From: Blastocladiella emersonii ATCC 22665
Lineage: Eukaryota; Fungi; Blastocladiomycota
Direction of reading: 5' to 3'
NCBI GenBank assembly: GCA_025594325.1
Contig: JANHCV010000010.1
Coordinates: 1,488,001-1,552,000, forward strand
Length of the DNA stretch: 64,000 bases
In this document: positions 12,998-24,029 of the stretch, piece after piece
How positions within the stretch are numbered: position 1 is the stretch's first letter
Layout of the letters: every line of letters begins with the position of its first letter
Made by a program: the position numbers and the translations under genes
The notes under the pieces: model-generated
The model's input: only the letters and a program-made list of their open reading frames with translations
What the model was told of the DNA's origin: nothing
The model's database searches: none

Positions 12998-15900
12998 GCT
13001 GTCCAACATCCACAACGTGCGCGTCATTCAGATGACCAAGCTGCTCCGCGTCAACCAGGAGCACCTCTACCACCACCTCGCCAGCTGCACAAAATGTCAC
13101 AGCAAGGACAATGGCAGCGGCAGGAACGTGTGCCGCTACGGGTTCCCGCGCAATTTCGTGCTCATGTCGCACATTGCGAGTTTCGAAGCTGGGTACGTAA
13201 CTCGAAAGTACATGCGGCCATGAACACCAACTAACGGTTTCCTCACTTAGTGCTCCTCCCGCGTTGGCTGCCAACATGGACGTCAACGGTGCTCTGCCAA
13301 CGGGCAACGGTGCACCACCTTCACAACGCCCTGCAACGTCCACGACGCCGCCGGGAACGTTTGTGCCAAGTCGTAACGTTGCGAGTTGGTGGCTCAACTC
13401 GTATTGCCGCGTCTGGCGAGAAATCTTTCATTCAAACATGGACACACGGTTCCTCACGTCTTTCGGCACGTCCATCGTCGCGTTCTACGCGACCAAGTAC
13501 TCGACCAGGGCGCGCGACATTCTCAAGAATCACGCCGCCATCATCGCCGCGTACAAGGCGCGGCACCTGCGCTTTGACGCCGAGCCCAACGCCTTCTCGC
13601 GCGGGCACAAGAAGCTCCTCTCGCTCGCGTACCACATGTCGGCGAAATGCATGGAGGTCCCCGAGACCATGGCCGCCCTGTTCCTGCACACGTCGGCCGC
13701 GGGCATCTTCTCGCACAAGTTTGCGCCGCTGCTGCTCTACCAGGGCATCAAGTGGGTCGAGCTCGCAGGCGTCGCTGCCGGCGAGGCGACCAACGAGGAC
13801 GTGGAGTGCATCGTGTCCATGATCAGTATTGTTCCCGCAGTGCCATCTGGAGCCTCAACAAACACATCTCAGCATGGTCTCGACCCGGAAATGGCCGTCA
13901 ACGTGCCCGAACCAGAACTCGGACCAGCCGTCGACGTTTGGCGCACCGCCTTCACGACCACGCCAACGGATCCTGACGCGCGCGCGCGGTTCCTCGTCAC
14001 CAAGGCCGCGCACTCAATCAGCAACTTTGCCTACGACACACGCGGCGACGAGTGGAGCAACGAGAAGCAGCGCACTGTGCACACGCCCGCGTACGCGAGC
14101 CTCGCGCAGGTCTCGCTCAAGTTCAACCTCAACGAAGAGCAGCACCGCGCGTTCGTGCTCTTCCTCATGCCGCTCATCGACACCTTCATCGGCGGCAACG
14201 CGGGTATCGCAGACGCTGCGGCCTCGGCCGAGCAGAACGTGATCCTGTATGGCCGCGACGACGTCCAACATGTCGTCGGCACCGCGGCCCTCCCGCCCTT
14301 GAGCAAGGACCGGACGCCGATCATCCTCACCGGCTCGGGCGGCACGGGCAAGTCGCGCGTCGTCGATGCAATCCGATACTTCCTCGCTTCCTGGAACCGG
14401 GAAAAGTGCCTCATGGTCATGGCCATGACCGGGATCGCGGCCGCCAACATTGGGCGGTACGACCATCCACGCCGCGTTCTTCTTCTCGAGAAGGCCGAAA
14501 GAAAACAGCCCGGACGTGGCCCGTTTGCGTACCGATCCTGCGGTTGCCATCGCGTGGAAAGGGCGTCTCGGCGTCGTCATCGACGAGTTCTCCATGTGCG
14601 ACGCGACTTTACTCGGCTGTATCGACGCGAACCTGCGCCTCCTGCGGCGGTGCGACGAACCATTCGGCGGGTGCATCGTCATGCTCGCTGGCGATCATTT
14701 ACAGCTGCCTCCCGTCAACTGAACTGCCCTGTACAAGGTGCCCGCCGTGCTCAACGACGCGCCGGACTCGTTCTACCTGCGCATGCGTCAAATCAATTGA
14801 CGGTCCCCGAGCACGTGGATCGAGGCCAGGTCGCGTACTGGCGCACTACACGCGCTGTTCGTCTCGTGAAGAGCAACCGATTTGTCGACGATCCACCATG
14901 GGGCAACGAAATGAACGCGCTCTGCCTCGTCGAGGCGTCGGACACGCTGTGCGACCTGATCAACTCGCGTACGACCGCTCAGCTTCAGCAGCAGGTCGAC
15001 GAAAACGGCAACAACGTCCTCAAGGAGATCCTCAAGAAGCCCGGACTCACGGTTATCGCGCCTGACAACCACACGCGCCACGCCTTCAACCTGCTCTACA
15101 CGCGGCTCGCAGCAGCAAACCCGAACCGCATCGTGTTCCAGATCAAGGGCAACATCACGCGCCCGCGTGATAGGCGCCGCACGCGTGAACGCGTCGCCAT
15201 CCGCGACAAGGACGTGTTCCGCCTCGGAGGAGAGCCAGAAACCACGACTGAACTGCCGGCCATCTTCGAGCTCTTCGTCGGAATGGAGATGCGCGTCAAG
15301 ACCAACCAGTGCGTAGCAAAGGGGTGCGCGAACGGTGCGGTTGGCGTCGTGCACCACATCGACTGGAAGCCCGAGACCACGTTCACGCGAACCGCGTCCA
15401 ACATGTACCGGCCATCCTGCGCTCCACTCAACGTGTGGATCGACCTGCCCGACGCTCCTCGTGGCCCTCGCTTCCCGGGCATGCCGGCCGCGTGGCCTGA
15501 CACGGTCATCCTGCTTGCCATGGAGAAGAAGGACCTCCAGTACATGGCGGGCGGTTCCACGTCGCGAGAGCGGGTCGTCAGCACAACGGGGGATTCGCTC
15601 CCGCTCTGGGTCAACAACACCAAAACCAACAGGAGCAAGTATCCTAATCATGTCATCGCGCACATCGAGCAGTACCCGATGGTGCCAGCCTTCGCCATGA
15701 CGGTCCACGGGGTTCAAGGTGTGACCAAGAACGCCATCGCCCTGGCAGATCCGCGTCCCGCGGGCATGGAGCGTCTCATCAGCGGCGCTTCCCTGTACGT
15801 GGCGTTATCGCGGCTTCGTCGCCCAAGGTACCTGTGGGTGCTTCAGCCGATCCCAAGAGCCATGCTCAAGTCCATGAAGCCGGATCCACTCGCAGTGGCC

Positions 15901-16300
15901 GAGGACAAGCGGCTCCAGATGCTCAACGAGCTGACCAAGACCGCTTTCGATCAAGGTACAGCCATCGCACCAGGCGACCCGCGCATCGCCAAGCTCTTCG
16001 ACGACGCGATTCTCTTCTCACGTCAGCACGCGGCTGAGAAGCTAGTCGCCAAGCGCGCGTCAGATGCTCTTAACGCAAGGTTTCGGCGATTGGCCAACAA
16101 ACGTGCTGGAGGCGAGGACGGCTCACAGAACGCCAAGAATCAGAAAACACAGTAGAGTATTAAAGTAGTGTATTCCATCATCCAATCCATCAATAGCACG
16201 ATTTCCATAGCTCGATCACCAAAATCTCCTGTGCGGGACGCACGCGACAGCACCTCCACCACTCGTGCACTATACGTGGCGGGGGCTTTAGCCCTCGATT
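12998..16300 (+). mobile_element. Defective Helitron/Helentron-like element: C-terminal half of Rep plus PIF1-family helicase
   Basis: Rep motifs NQEHLYHHLASCTKC..CRYGFPR, LNSY..NMDTRF..FYATKYST and EVPETMAALFL. Helicase motifs LTGSGGTGKS, AMTGIAAANIG(G)TTIH, VIDEFSM, LAGDHLQLPPV, VGMEMRVKTN..NGAVG, QYPMVPAFAMTVHGVQG, LYVALSR. Intron 13193-13250 with ACTAAC branch site. Frameshifts near 14452 and 14795 and an in-frame TGA at 14720. No HUH motif found. Hairpin GGGCTttAGCCC about 130 bp after the stop. Confidence 0.88.
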
Positions 16301-16611
16301 GAAAACCAAACGCGAAGCGTTTAGGTGCCTCAAGTATAATAGGCATTTCGTTTACCATTTCTTTTCAGTTGCACGAAGTTGCGCCTTCAGCCCGACCGCG
16401 GGAGACGGCGAGGGGCAGAGAGGAGACGCGTCGCGAAAATGCGTGATCACCCACGTGACGTGCGAGACACTTTTTGGACGCGTCTCTGACGCTCGTCCGC
16501 GACACGAAGGGATACCAGTAAAAGTGCAACGATCTGTATTCCACATTATACTTGAGGCACCTAGACGCTTCGCGCCTGGTTTTCAATCGAGGGCTAAAGC
16601 CCGCGCCACGT
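16274..16611. repeat. 338-bp MITE-like unit bounded by 67-bp inverted repeats
   Basis: 16274-16340 (acgtggcgggggctttagccctcgattgaaaaccaaacgcgaagcgtttaggtgcctcaagtataat) is the reverse complement of 16545-16611 with 4 mismatches by manual alignment. Confidence 0.85.
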
Positions 16612-16989
16612 TGGGCGCTTGCGCCGTTTCGCGCGTGGCAGCTTTGCGCGTCACAGCACAGCGCGTTCCCCTGCTGCGCGATGCGCGATGCGCGCGCTTC
16701 AACAAAGGATGGTGCGGTTGGTCGCTCGCGTTGAGTGGCGGCAGGGCACCGTCATGTGTCACCGGCGCGGCATCAGCAATCGCGCTGCAGCGAGGGCGCC
16801 AAGCAAGCTCCTGCATGGCGCTCGAGGCGATGGCCCTCGCGGCAGGAGAGCGAGGCGTGTATCGATGAGTTCGTCTCAGTAAAGCTGTTTGAACCACGCG
16901 ACGAGTGGTGCGTCCACGATGGCGGCCACGGTGCTTCATGTGTTTTGGGTTGAGAAGGCGCTCGGCGAGCGATCCGGTGACGCTGGTGC

Positions 16990-17790
16990 AGAGCCCGCCC
17001 CCGATCTAGCCCTTGTCGACCGCCGCGAGGGCGTTTACGATGCGGACGTCGTTCAGTGCCGCGGAGACGATTGCGCGCGAAGAGTGTGCACTCAGATGCG
17101 TACGCTTGAGTGTCGGCGACCTTGCCGCCAGTTTTTGGGCATTCGGCGCAATTGGGGGACTCGTAGCGGTGCGGCCATCAGAGCTGGTGCAAACAGCCGC
17201 GGGTCGGCAGCTGGCCTGCGAGCGCGCGGAGCTGGAAGCACGGGAGCGAGTTCGCGGTGAGGGACTCGCTCGGGTGCATGCGGCGCGTGCTGCCCCGAAG
17301 CGCAGTGACAAGGGCTGGGACATCGATGGGGGAGGACGTGATGCCAGCGGACGCGGTCAGAGCGAGCAGCGGGTCGTGTCGCGCGTCGTGCAGGCGGCGG
17401 AGAGCGCGTCGCGGGACTGAGTTGAAGTCGCAGCCGCGCTTGCGCGCCGTGAAGGACGGGCGCATCGAGGTCCGCGTGGACGGCGGCGGCGATTCACAGC
17501 GGGAGATGCGCGGCAGCCCTTGTTGGCGAGCGCGCCGGCCTCCTCATTCTCCAAGTTCACGGCGTGGCCACGGACCCACTCGACCTGGAGCTCGCGGGCC
17601 GCGATGATCCAGCGGAGAACGGCCCACTCGAGCGAGCACGTTGCGCGGACCCGCACCCACGCGAACAGCGAGTTCCAGCGATCCGCTCACGAAGACGTCT
17701 GCGCCCGCTGCAACGTCTGGCAAACCCAAGCCATGGAGCGACCCGTCCGTGTAACGGACCGCAACTCAAAGAGCGGATCTCTCGACCTCG
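16990..17790 (-). mobile_element. Degenerate 3' part of a non-LTR retrotransposon ORF (RNase H plus CCHC-type zinc region)
   Basis: Minus strand reads YTDGSLHGLGLPDVAAGA (RNase H motif, 17739-17753), then LEWAVLRWIIAARELQVEWVRGHAVNLENEEAGALANKG, then FQLRALAGQLPTRGCLHQL*WPHRYESPNCAECPK..ADTQAYASEC. Frameshifts, an internal deletion of the RNase H middle, and stops. Confidence 0.75.
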
Positions 17791-18280
17791 CAGTCCTCGC
17801 TCGAACTCACGTTCATGGGACCTCGCAAGTCGTTCTCGGTGCAACCGTTGAACTCGCGCCCACGTCAACGAGCCTGCGCTAGCGGCTCCCAGGTGAACCG
17901 CGTCGTGTAAGGATGTGCACCGAACACGGGCTCCGTTTTCCACACGTTTTCCAACACGCACGCCAAGCACGGGCTCCGTTAGCGGTTTACCGCGCTTCTG
18001 TATCTCTCACGCATTCATGTGCTCGGAGTCTCGCGGGCCTGGTCGAGGGTCGGTGCAAAGCGTTAAACGTTCCGCGATGGCCGAGCGGAACAGCGTCAAG
18101 CGACGCGCTTCCGGGGGTTGGGCCGAGGCCGATCACGTGCACAGCCAGGACGCGTTGCGCCACAGCGATCACATGAGAAACGACGCGTCTGTCACGCGTT
18201 TCGAGGACATTCACATGACGAGAGGGCGACATGCTCACGTGAGCGTCGGCACCCTATCCAGCCGCGACGCGGTCTAAAAA

Positions 18281-18300
18281 GAGGGCTTTAGCCCTCGATT
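18281..18300. repeat. Palindromic hairpin GAGGGCTttAGCCCTC, third copy of the 18-bp motif at 16283 and 16583
   Basis: gggctttagccctcgatt at 18283-18300 is identical to 16283-16300 and is the reverse complement of 16583-16600. Confidence 0.8.
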
Positions 18301-18383
18301 CTTCTTTTTCTTCTCATTCCATTTCATGACCGAGTCCGCGGATATCTAGGCGATGCGGCCACCGTCGAGTCGCGCGCGGTCCG

Positions 18384-18745
18384 CTACGCGGCGGCGGCGT
18401 GCGGGTTGACGCCGGCGAGCGGCACGGCGTCCTCGTCCTCAACGAGCGGGAACATGTCGTCGGCGACGTTCCCGGCGATGCGGGCAGCGGCGGGCGCGAC
18501 CTGCTTGGCTAGGCGGTGGCGCAGGAGGTCGTCGCGGACCTCGTCGACCTGCTCGTCGACGGTCTGGTCCACGAGGCCGCGGACCTCGTCCACCTTCTGG
18601 TCGACGAGCGAGCGCTTCTCGCGCAGGACCTCGAGGGCGCGCGCGAAATCGGTCTCCGAGGACCGGCGCTCGAGGAAGGCCACGATCGGGTCGTGGTCGC
18701 GCAGGTGCGCGCTCGACGTCAGGTGGCCGTACCAGTACGCTTCCG
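18384..18745 (-). pseudogene. Short coding exon of an unknown helical protein
   Basis: Coding-like codons (YWYGHLTSSAHLRDHDPIVAFLERR..ALEVLREKRSLVDQKVDEV) after a pyrimidine tract and AG. No convincing upstream exon. Confidence 0.3.
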
Positions 18746-19405
18746 AGAGAGAGCGCAGAGGGGAAGCGGACCAAGAGCGCCTTGGCCCACGTGAACGTGT
18801 TCGACACGGTCGGCGGAAAGAACGACGCGATCGAGCTCGAGCTCGGCCTCGAGAAGCAGACCCACGGGAAGCGAGACACAGATGGCATAATACTAGCAAC
18901 GTATGCTCCCCAGGAGAATGAGTTGGGCGACACCGCGCGCCCATGGTTGTGATACCCCGCAAGCGCCCTTATCAGCCTGACGAGGTAGAGCCCTCAATCT
19001 GAGCTCCGATGTCGGTGCAGCGAGCGTACCCAACTTCTCGCGTCCCGAGGATCAAGCGCAGCGCGTCGACCGCGCCACCGGACCCCACCTCAAGTCTTAC
19101 GGGAGCTCTGACCGCAGTACGCGCTCAGTGCGGCGCAGAACTGCTTGGCGAGCACTCAGGCCCCAAGCGCGGGTGCTGCTACGGCAGGTCCGCGAGCCGT
19201 TCGAGCAGCACGGCGACCGCGTGGATCTCCGGGTTAAGGTACCCGGCGCAGCTGTCATCGTCGGCCGTATCAGAAGGTGGGGTCATGGGCTGCATTCTTT
19301 GCGTCGATGGAAGAGAGTGGAAGGCGCCGCGTGCGTCGTGGCGAGGCGGACGCTGGCAACGCTCTCCCTCGCTCTCTCCCCGATCGCCCATGTATCGCAG
19401 ACTAC

Positions 19406-21267
19406 ATGCAACATGTGCCCTCCACCGCCAACTCGAATGCCGCGGCCGCCATGACCGCGGTCCCGTCCTACGACTTCTTCGGCGCGACCTTGCTCGCCAC
19501 CTTCGAATTCACCGACTTCTCCGACCCAATCGACCTCGCCTTCATCCGATCTGCGGCCCGCTCGTCTCGCGCGCCGGCTACGACTAAATCTACGTCGCGT
19601 GCGCGCCGACCCCACGGCATCGACTTTGCCGAGGACTAGACGCTGCCGGTCGACCACGAAATCGCGGCTACTACAGCCACGACTCGGGTCGCTACACCCG
19701 CACCCATCTGCACCGCTGTGGGCGGTGGCAAGCTATGTAGCCCCGCCCTCCGCGTCGCGACGACGCTGACCGCCGGCCACGCCGCGGCCGTCCTGTCCGA
19801 CCTGTACTCGTCCATCAAGAAGCCGACAGTCTGGACCACCAAGCCCTTCACGCTGCTAAACCTCCGCTCCGCACTCTTCCCGACACCTTCCTCCGCGGCG
19901 ACGCCGCGACACTCGCCAACCCGCTGTACTCCCACCTCCCCGCCGACTTTGCCTCTACCGCCGGCCCTGCTGCCGTGACCACCCTCGACCACATCTCCGC
20001 CATCACCGCCCTGACCCTCGCCGACTGCATCGTCGCCTTCTACGCGCTGCGCCACGCGCGGTCCACCTCCAAGGTCGACTCAGGCATCTCGGGCATCCAC
20101 GAGTGCGACTCGATCGTCGCCGACTCGGACGCCGAGACCCTCGTCGACGCGTGCCCCAGCTACTCCGGCAAACTCAAGTCGGCCCTTGAGACCGACTGGA
20201 GCGACGACGGCGACGTGGCCGTGTCGGGCAGCAGCAGCACCACAACCACCATGTCCGACTCGACTTGCGCCGTCACGTCGGCCTCGGCCCTCACGCAGTC
20301 TATCCTCGGCCATAACGCCAAGTCGGTGATCGTGCCCAAGTCCAAGAACCTGGCTCAGCTGCCGACCGAGGTCCAGATCCCCGCGCACGACATCGTATCG
20401 CGCCCCGCCACCCCAACTGGGATCGCCGCTGACGTAAGTATTGCGCGGTTGATCGCCTCAGCGACGCCGACCATCGAGTGCAAGAACATCAGCAGCAACG
20501 AGTCGACGGCCGTGTTCGGCACCGAGGCCGCGCTGCCGACGGATCTCACGGTCCCGACGTACGGCCTCGTCTCGCGCCCCACCATCCCGACTACTGGGCC
20601 TGAGGTCGACGCATCCATGACCACGTCCAAGGCCATCACCGACGGCTACGAGACCGACTGCGACTCGGACTTCAACGACTCGTGTCTGTTCGGCACTTTC
20701 GAGACCCGCGGCGCCGCCTCGATCGGCCAGCTGTTGTGTTCGGCGCCGTTCCGCAACGGCACCGGCATGCCGCCCGCGGTCTCCGCCGACGTGTTCGCCC
20801 CACCGCGCTCTCCGAGCCGCTCGCGCTCGCCCCGCCGGCCCGCGCCATCTAGGAGTCCAAGAAGTCCAAGAAGAAGTCGGCCGCCAAGATGCCCGCCGCC
20901 GCCACCGCGTACGCGTCGCCTGCGTCGTCCAACAAGGACCTGGCCGCCGCCAACTACGTCGCCGTCAAGTCGGCCAAGTCGTCAGCGAAATGGACCGCGA
21001 CAAGTACGTCAAGGTGGACGTGCACGATCGATCCCGACGCCGCCGTCGACCGACGCCGAGCTCATCGGCGAGTACGACGCGCTCGAGACGGCCAAGGTTG
21101 TGGATGAGATGGACCGGGACGGGTTCGTGCTCCTGAGACCCGCGGCCGACGCCACGGCCGACGAGCGCTACCACTGCGACTACCGGTCGGCGCCGCGTGG
21201 ACGGCACCGTCTACACTACTACTCGGGCGTGTCCACACTCTACCCCCTATTCTTTTGTCAACTATAG
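19406..21267 (+). pseudogene. Disrupted Ser/Thr/Pro-rich gene of unknown family
   Basis: Coding-like segments in shifting frames (19406-19639 ending in TAG; 19975-about 20850; KSKKKSAAKMPAAA in another frame; EMDRDKYVKV and EMDRDGFVLL repeats). At least one stop and several frameshifts. Confidence 0.45.
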
Positions 21268-21539
21268 AATACCCGTCTTAGACTCTACACATGGCATCCT
21301 CGACTCATTCAGCGCGTCGAGCAGCTCAGTCGGCACAGAAGTGCGTCCTCCTTAACTCGGCCACGGCGAAGCCCTGTTGCTCGCGCATGGCTGCGGCCAC
21401 TGACGCTGGTCGCGGACGGGCACGCTGCATCACCCTTTCAACTCCCTCACAAGCGAGGCCGATGTTCAAGAATGTGTGGAATCTCTTTGATCTCTGCAGC
21501 TGCACGACACCGACCTCATCATACATCTCGCGGGCTCCG

Positions 21540-23642
21540 TCACCGACGCGCAGCGACGCCCTGCTGCTGGTACCCGACGCCAGCCGCGGGTCCGTGCCCG
21601 AGCCCGAGCCGCTCACGACCACCGCCGGCGCCGCCAGCCGCGGGCCCTAGCCCGAGCCGCTGCTCACGACCCAGCTCGCGACCACCACCGCCGGCGCCGG
21701 TGCCGCCGTAGCGCGACTCGACGGCCGCGAGCAGCTCCTTGAAGACGATATCCTTGCGGACGAGGACCGAGTGCTACACCCACCCACGATCACCACCAAC
21801 CACGTCAGCCATCACCGTCACACCATCCGACCAACCCACAAAAGAAGCGTACCAGCCGCTGATCAATCGCGCGCTCCTCGCGCGACAGGTCCTGGAGCTC
21901 GAGCGCGAGCTGCGTCGACTGGCGCGCCTGGTGCCGGCCGCTGCGGATCTGCCACAGCAGGTAGCTGTTGCGCTCGAGGAGGACCGCCGGGTCGAGCGGG
22001 TCCTGGCCGAGCGCGGGGATCTTGGACGACGACGCGGCCGCGGTCGAGATGGCGGGCGTCGGCGCCGCGGCGGTTTTGATGGCCGACGCGCTCGAGCGGC
22101 GGCGCAGGGCGGGTTCTGGCTGCTGCTGCGTGTTGAGAACGCGCGGCGGGACGGGCGGCGGGACCGGTGCCGCGTCCTCTACGGCGGGCATGCCGGCGGC
22201 CGTCATCATGGCGGGCTCGAGGTCCGCGCGCGGCGGCGGCGGGAGGTCGTCGGAGGGCCGCGGCACGGGCGACGACGGCGCGTTGGACTCGGTGCTCGTG
22301 GACAGCGGGCTCGAGTCGCCGGCCTGCTGCTGCTGGAGCTCGGCGAACGACTACGCGAGACAGGCGCGCGAGGGAGAGGTCAGTGATCCGCGTCCATTAC
22401 CACCGCCACCCGCCTGCCCACGAACGCACCTTGCCAACCGTCGGCTCGGGGCTGAACGGCGCCGACATGATGGGGCTGATCAGCTTGCCCTCCTCGCTGT
22501 GCCCGTGGTCGTCGCGCTCGACCTGCTGCGCGGCGGCGTCGAGGAACGGGTCGATGAGCGGCGGCGGGGTGCGCGCGAGGACGCGCTGGCCCGTGGCCTC
22601 GGCGACCTCGATGGCGTGGTCGCGCTGCGCGAGCTGGCCGTCGTCGCCGGCGCCCATGGCCGCGGCCACCGGGTACGCGGCGCTCGAGTCGCCGGCAGTC
22701 GACGGACGCGAACCGTACGCGCCAGACGCCGAGTCGCCACCGCTGGTCGACGGGCGCGACGACGACGAGCCCGAGTACGTGGCGCCGGTGCCTGTGGTGC
22801 CCGACTCGGCCGTCGTGGGCCGCGAGTACGCGCCGCTGCCGCCCGACTCTGCCGTCGCGGGCCGCGACCCTCCCTGCCCCATCACCGGCGCGAGCGCGGG
22901 GACGGGGCGCGGGCGGTCGCGCTCGAGGAACGGGTGCGTGAGCGGCTCCACCCCCGGGGACGGGCTACGGCTGCGGATGCGCTGCTCGTGCTGCATGCGC
23001 TCGACCACCTCGATGGTGTGCTCGCGCTGCGCGAGCTGGCCGTCGGTCCCGGACCCCATGGCGGCGCCGACCGGGTACTGGCCGGGCATCGCGGACGACG
23101 ACGCGGTGGATGAGGTGGCGGGCGGGATGTGCGTCTCGTAGAACTCGGTGGTAGCGCTCGACCGGCGCGGGCGGCCGGCGGCGCCGGTGGCGCCGAGAAG
23201 CGCGGACGACGGGGCCTCGGCGCCCGCGGAGCCGCGCGGCGGGAGCGGCGGGTGCGCGCCGCCTTCATCGTCGGGCGACGCCGTCGCGTACGGCTGGCGG
23301 TGCGGCTGCGGGTACCACGGCGGGTAGAGGTCAGACGCGGACGCCGAGGCGGGCGCGGCGCCGTGCTGCTGCGACTGCGCGAACGGGTCCGAGGCAGCGC
23401 CGCCGGCGCCGTGGACGACCTCGAAGCCGCTCGTCGACGAGCGCGAGTGCATGCCCTCCTGGTAGTGCTGTGACATTTCGTTCCCCATACGGCTGCGTGT
23501 GGATTCGGCGGGGCGGGGGAGAGAGGGCGAAGGGAAGGGGGGTTGAGGGTGATCGGCACGATGATGCGCGCGAGTCGGGATGGGTGGTCGGGGGTCCGCG
23601 GCGGTCGAGGAGCGTGGGGCCGGGGCGAGGGCTCGCGCTCAT
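21540..23642 (-). CDS. Multi-exon low-complexity protein with internal repeats and a coiled-coil segment
   Basis: Introns 23493-23559, 22351-22429 and 21774-21852 (GT-AG, all frame-preserving) link ATG 23642 (or 23488) to TGA 21540. Repeats YPVxAAMGxGxDGQLAQRxHxIEV (x2) and SRP(S/T/A)T(A/S) (x4). Confidence 0.6.
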
Positions 23643-24029
23643 GTCCGTGTCCGCATCGCGGCCGGGCGCGCAGCAGCAGCGGGGGGATCGGCAGCGGGGG
23701 CGGTCATGCGGCCGAAACCGCGCGCGCCGCGAACGCGCACGCGCCGCCGCGCGAAAACTGTCTCGCACGCGTCACCTGACCGCGACGCGTCCGGTTTCAG
23801 GTTTTCGGGTCCGTTTCCCGCGCCTTGCCTTGCCCGCGTCTCGCGGCTGGCCGGCCGGGTGCGAGACAATTTCGCGGGCCACTCGTTATTCAGTGCCCTG
23901 CTCGTGCCCCCTTGCAGGCCGCTTCGCTTCTCCGCTCGCTGCTCGACTCGACCGACACCCACACTGCTACGGATCAAACCTTCGCCGATATCGACCTTAC
24001 GACTACCCGCAACGCAACGCAACGCAACC

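Noticed and set aside
13264-16155. 963-aa ORF as an intact, active helicase/transposase
   Set aside because: Walker B and QLPPV lie in another frame, which has a stop, and the Rep HUH motif is absent.
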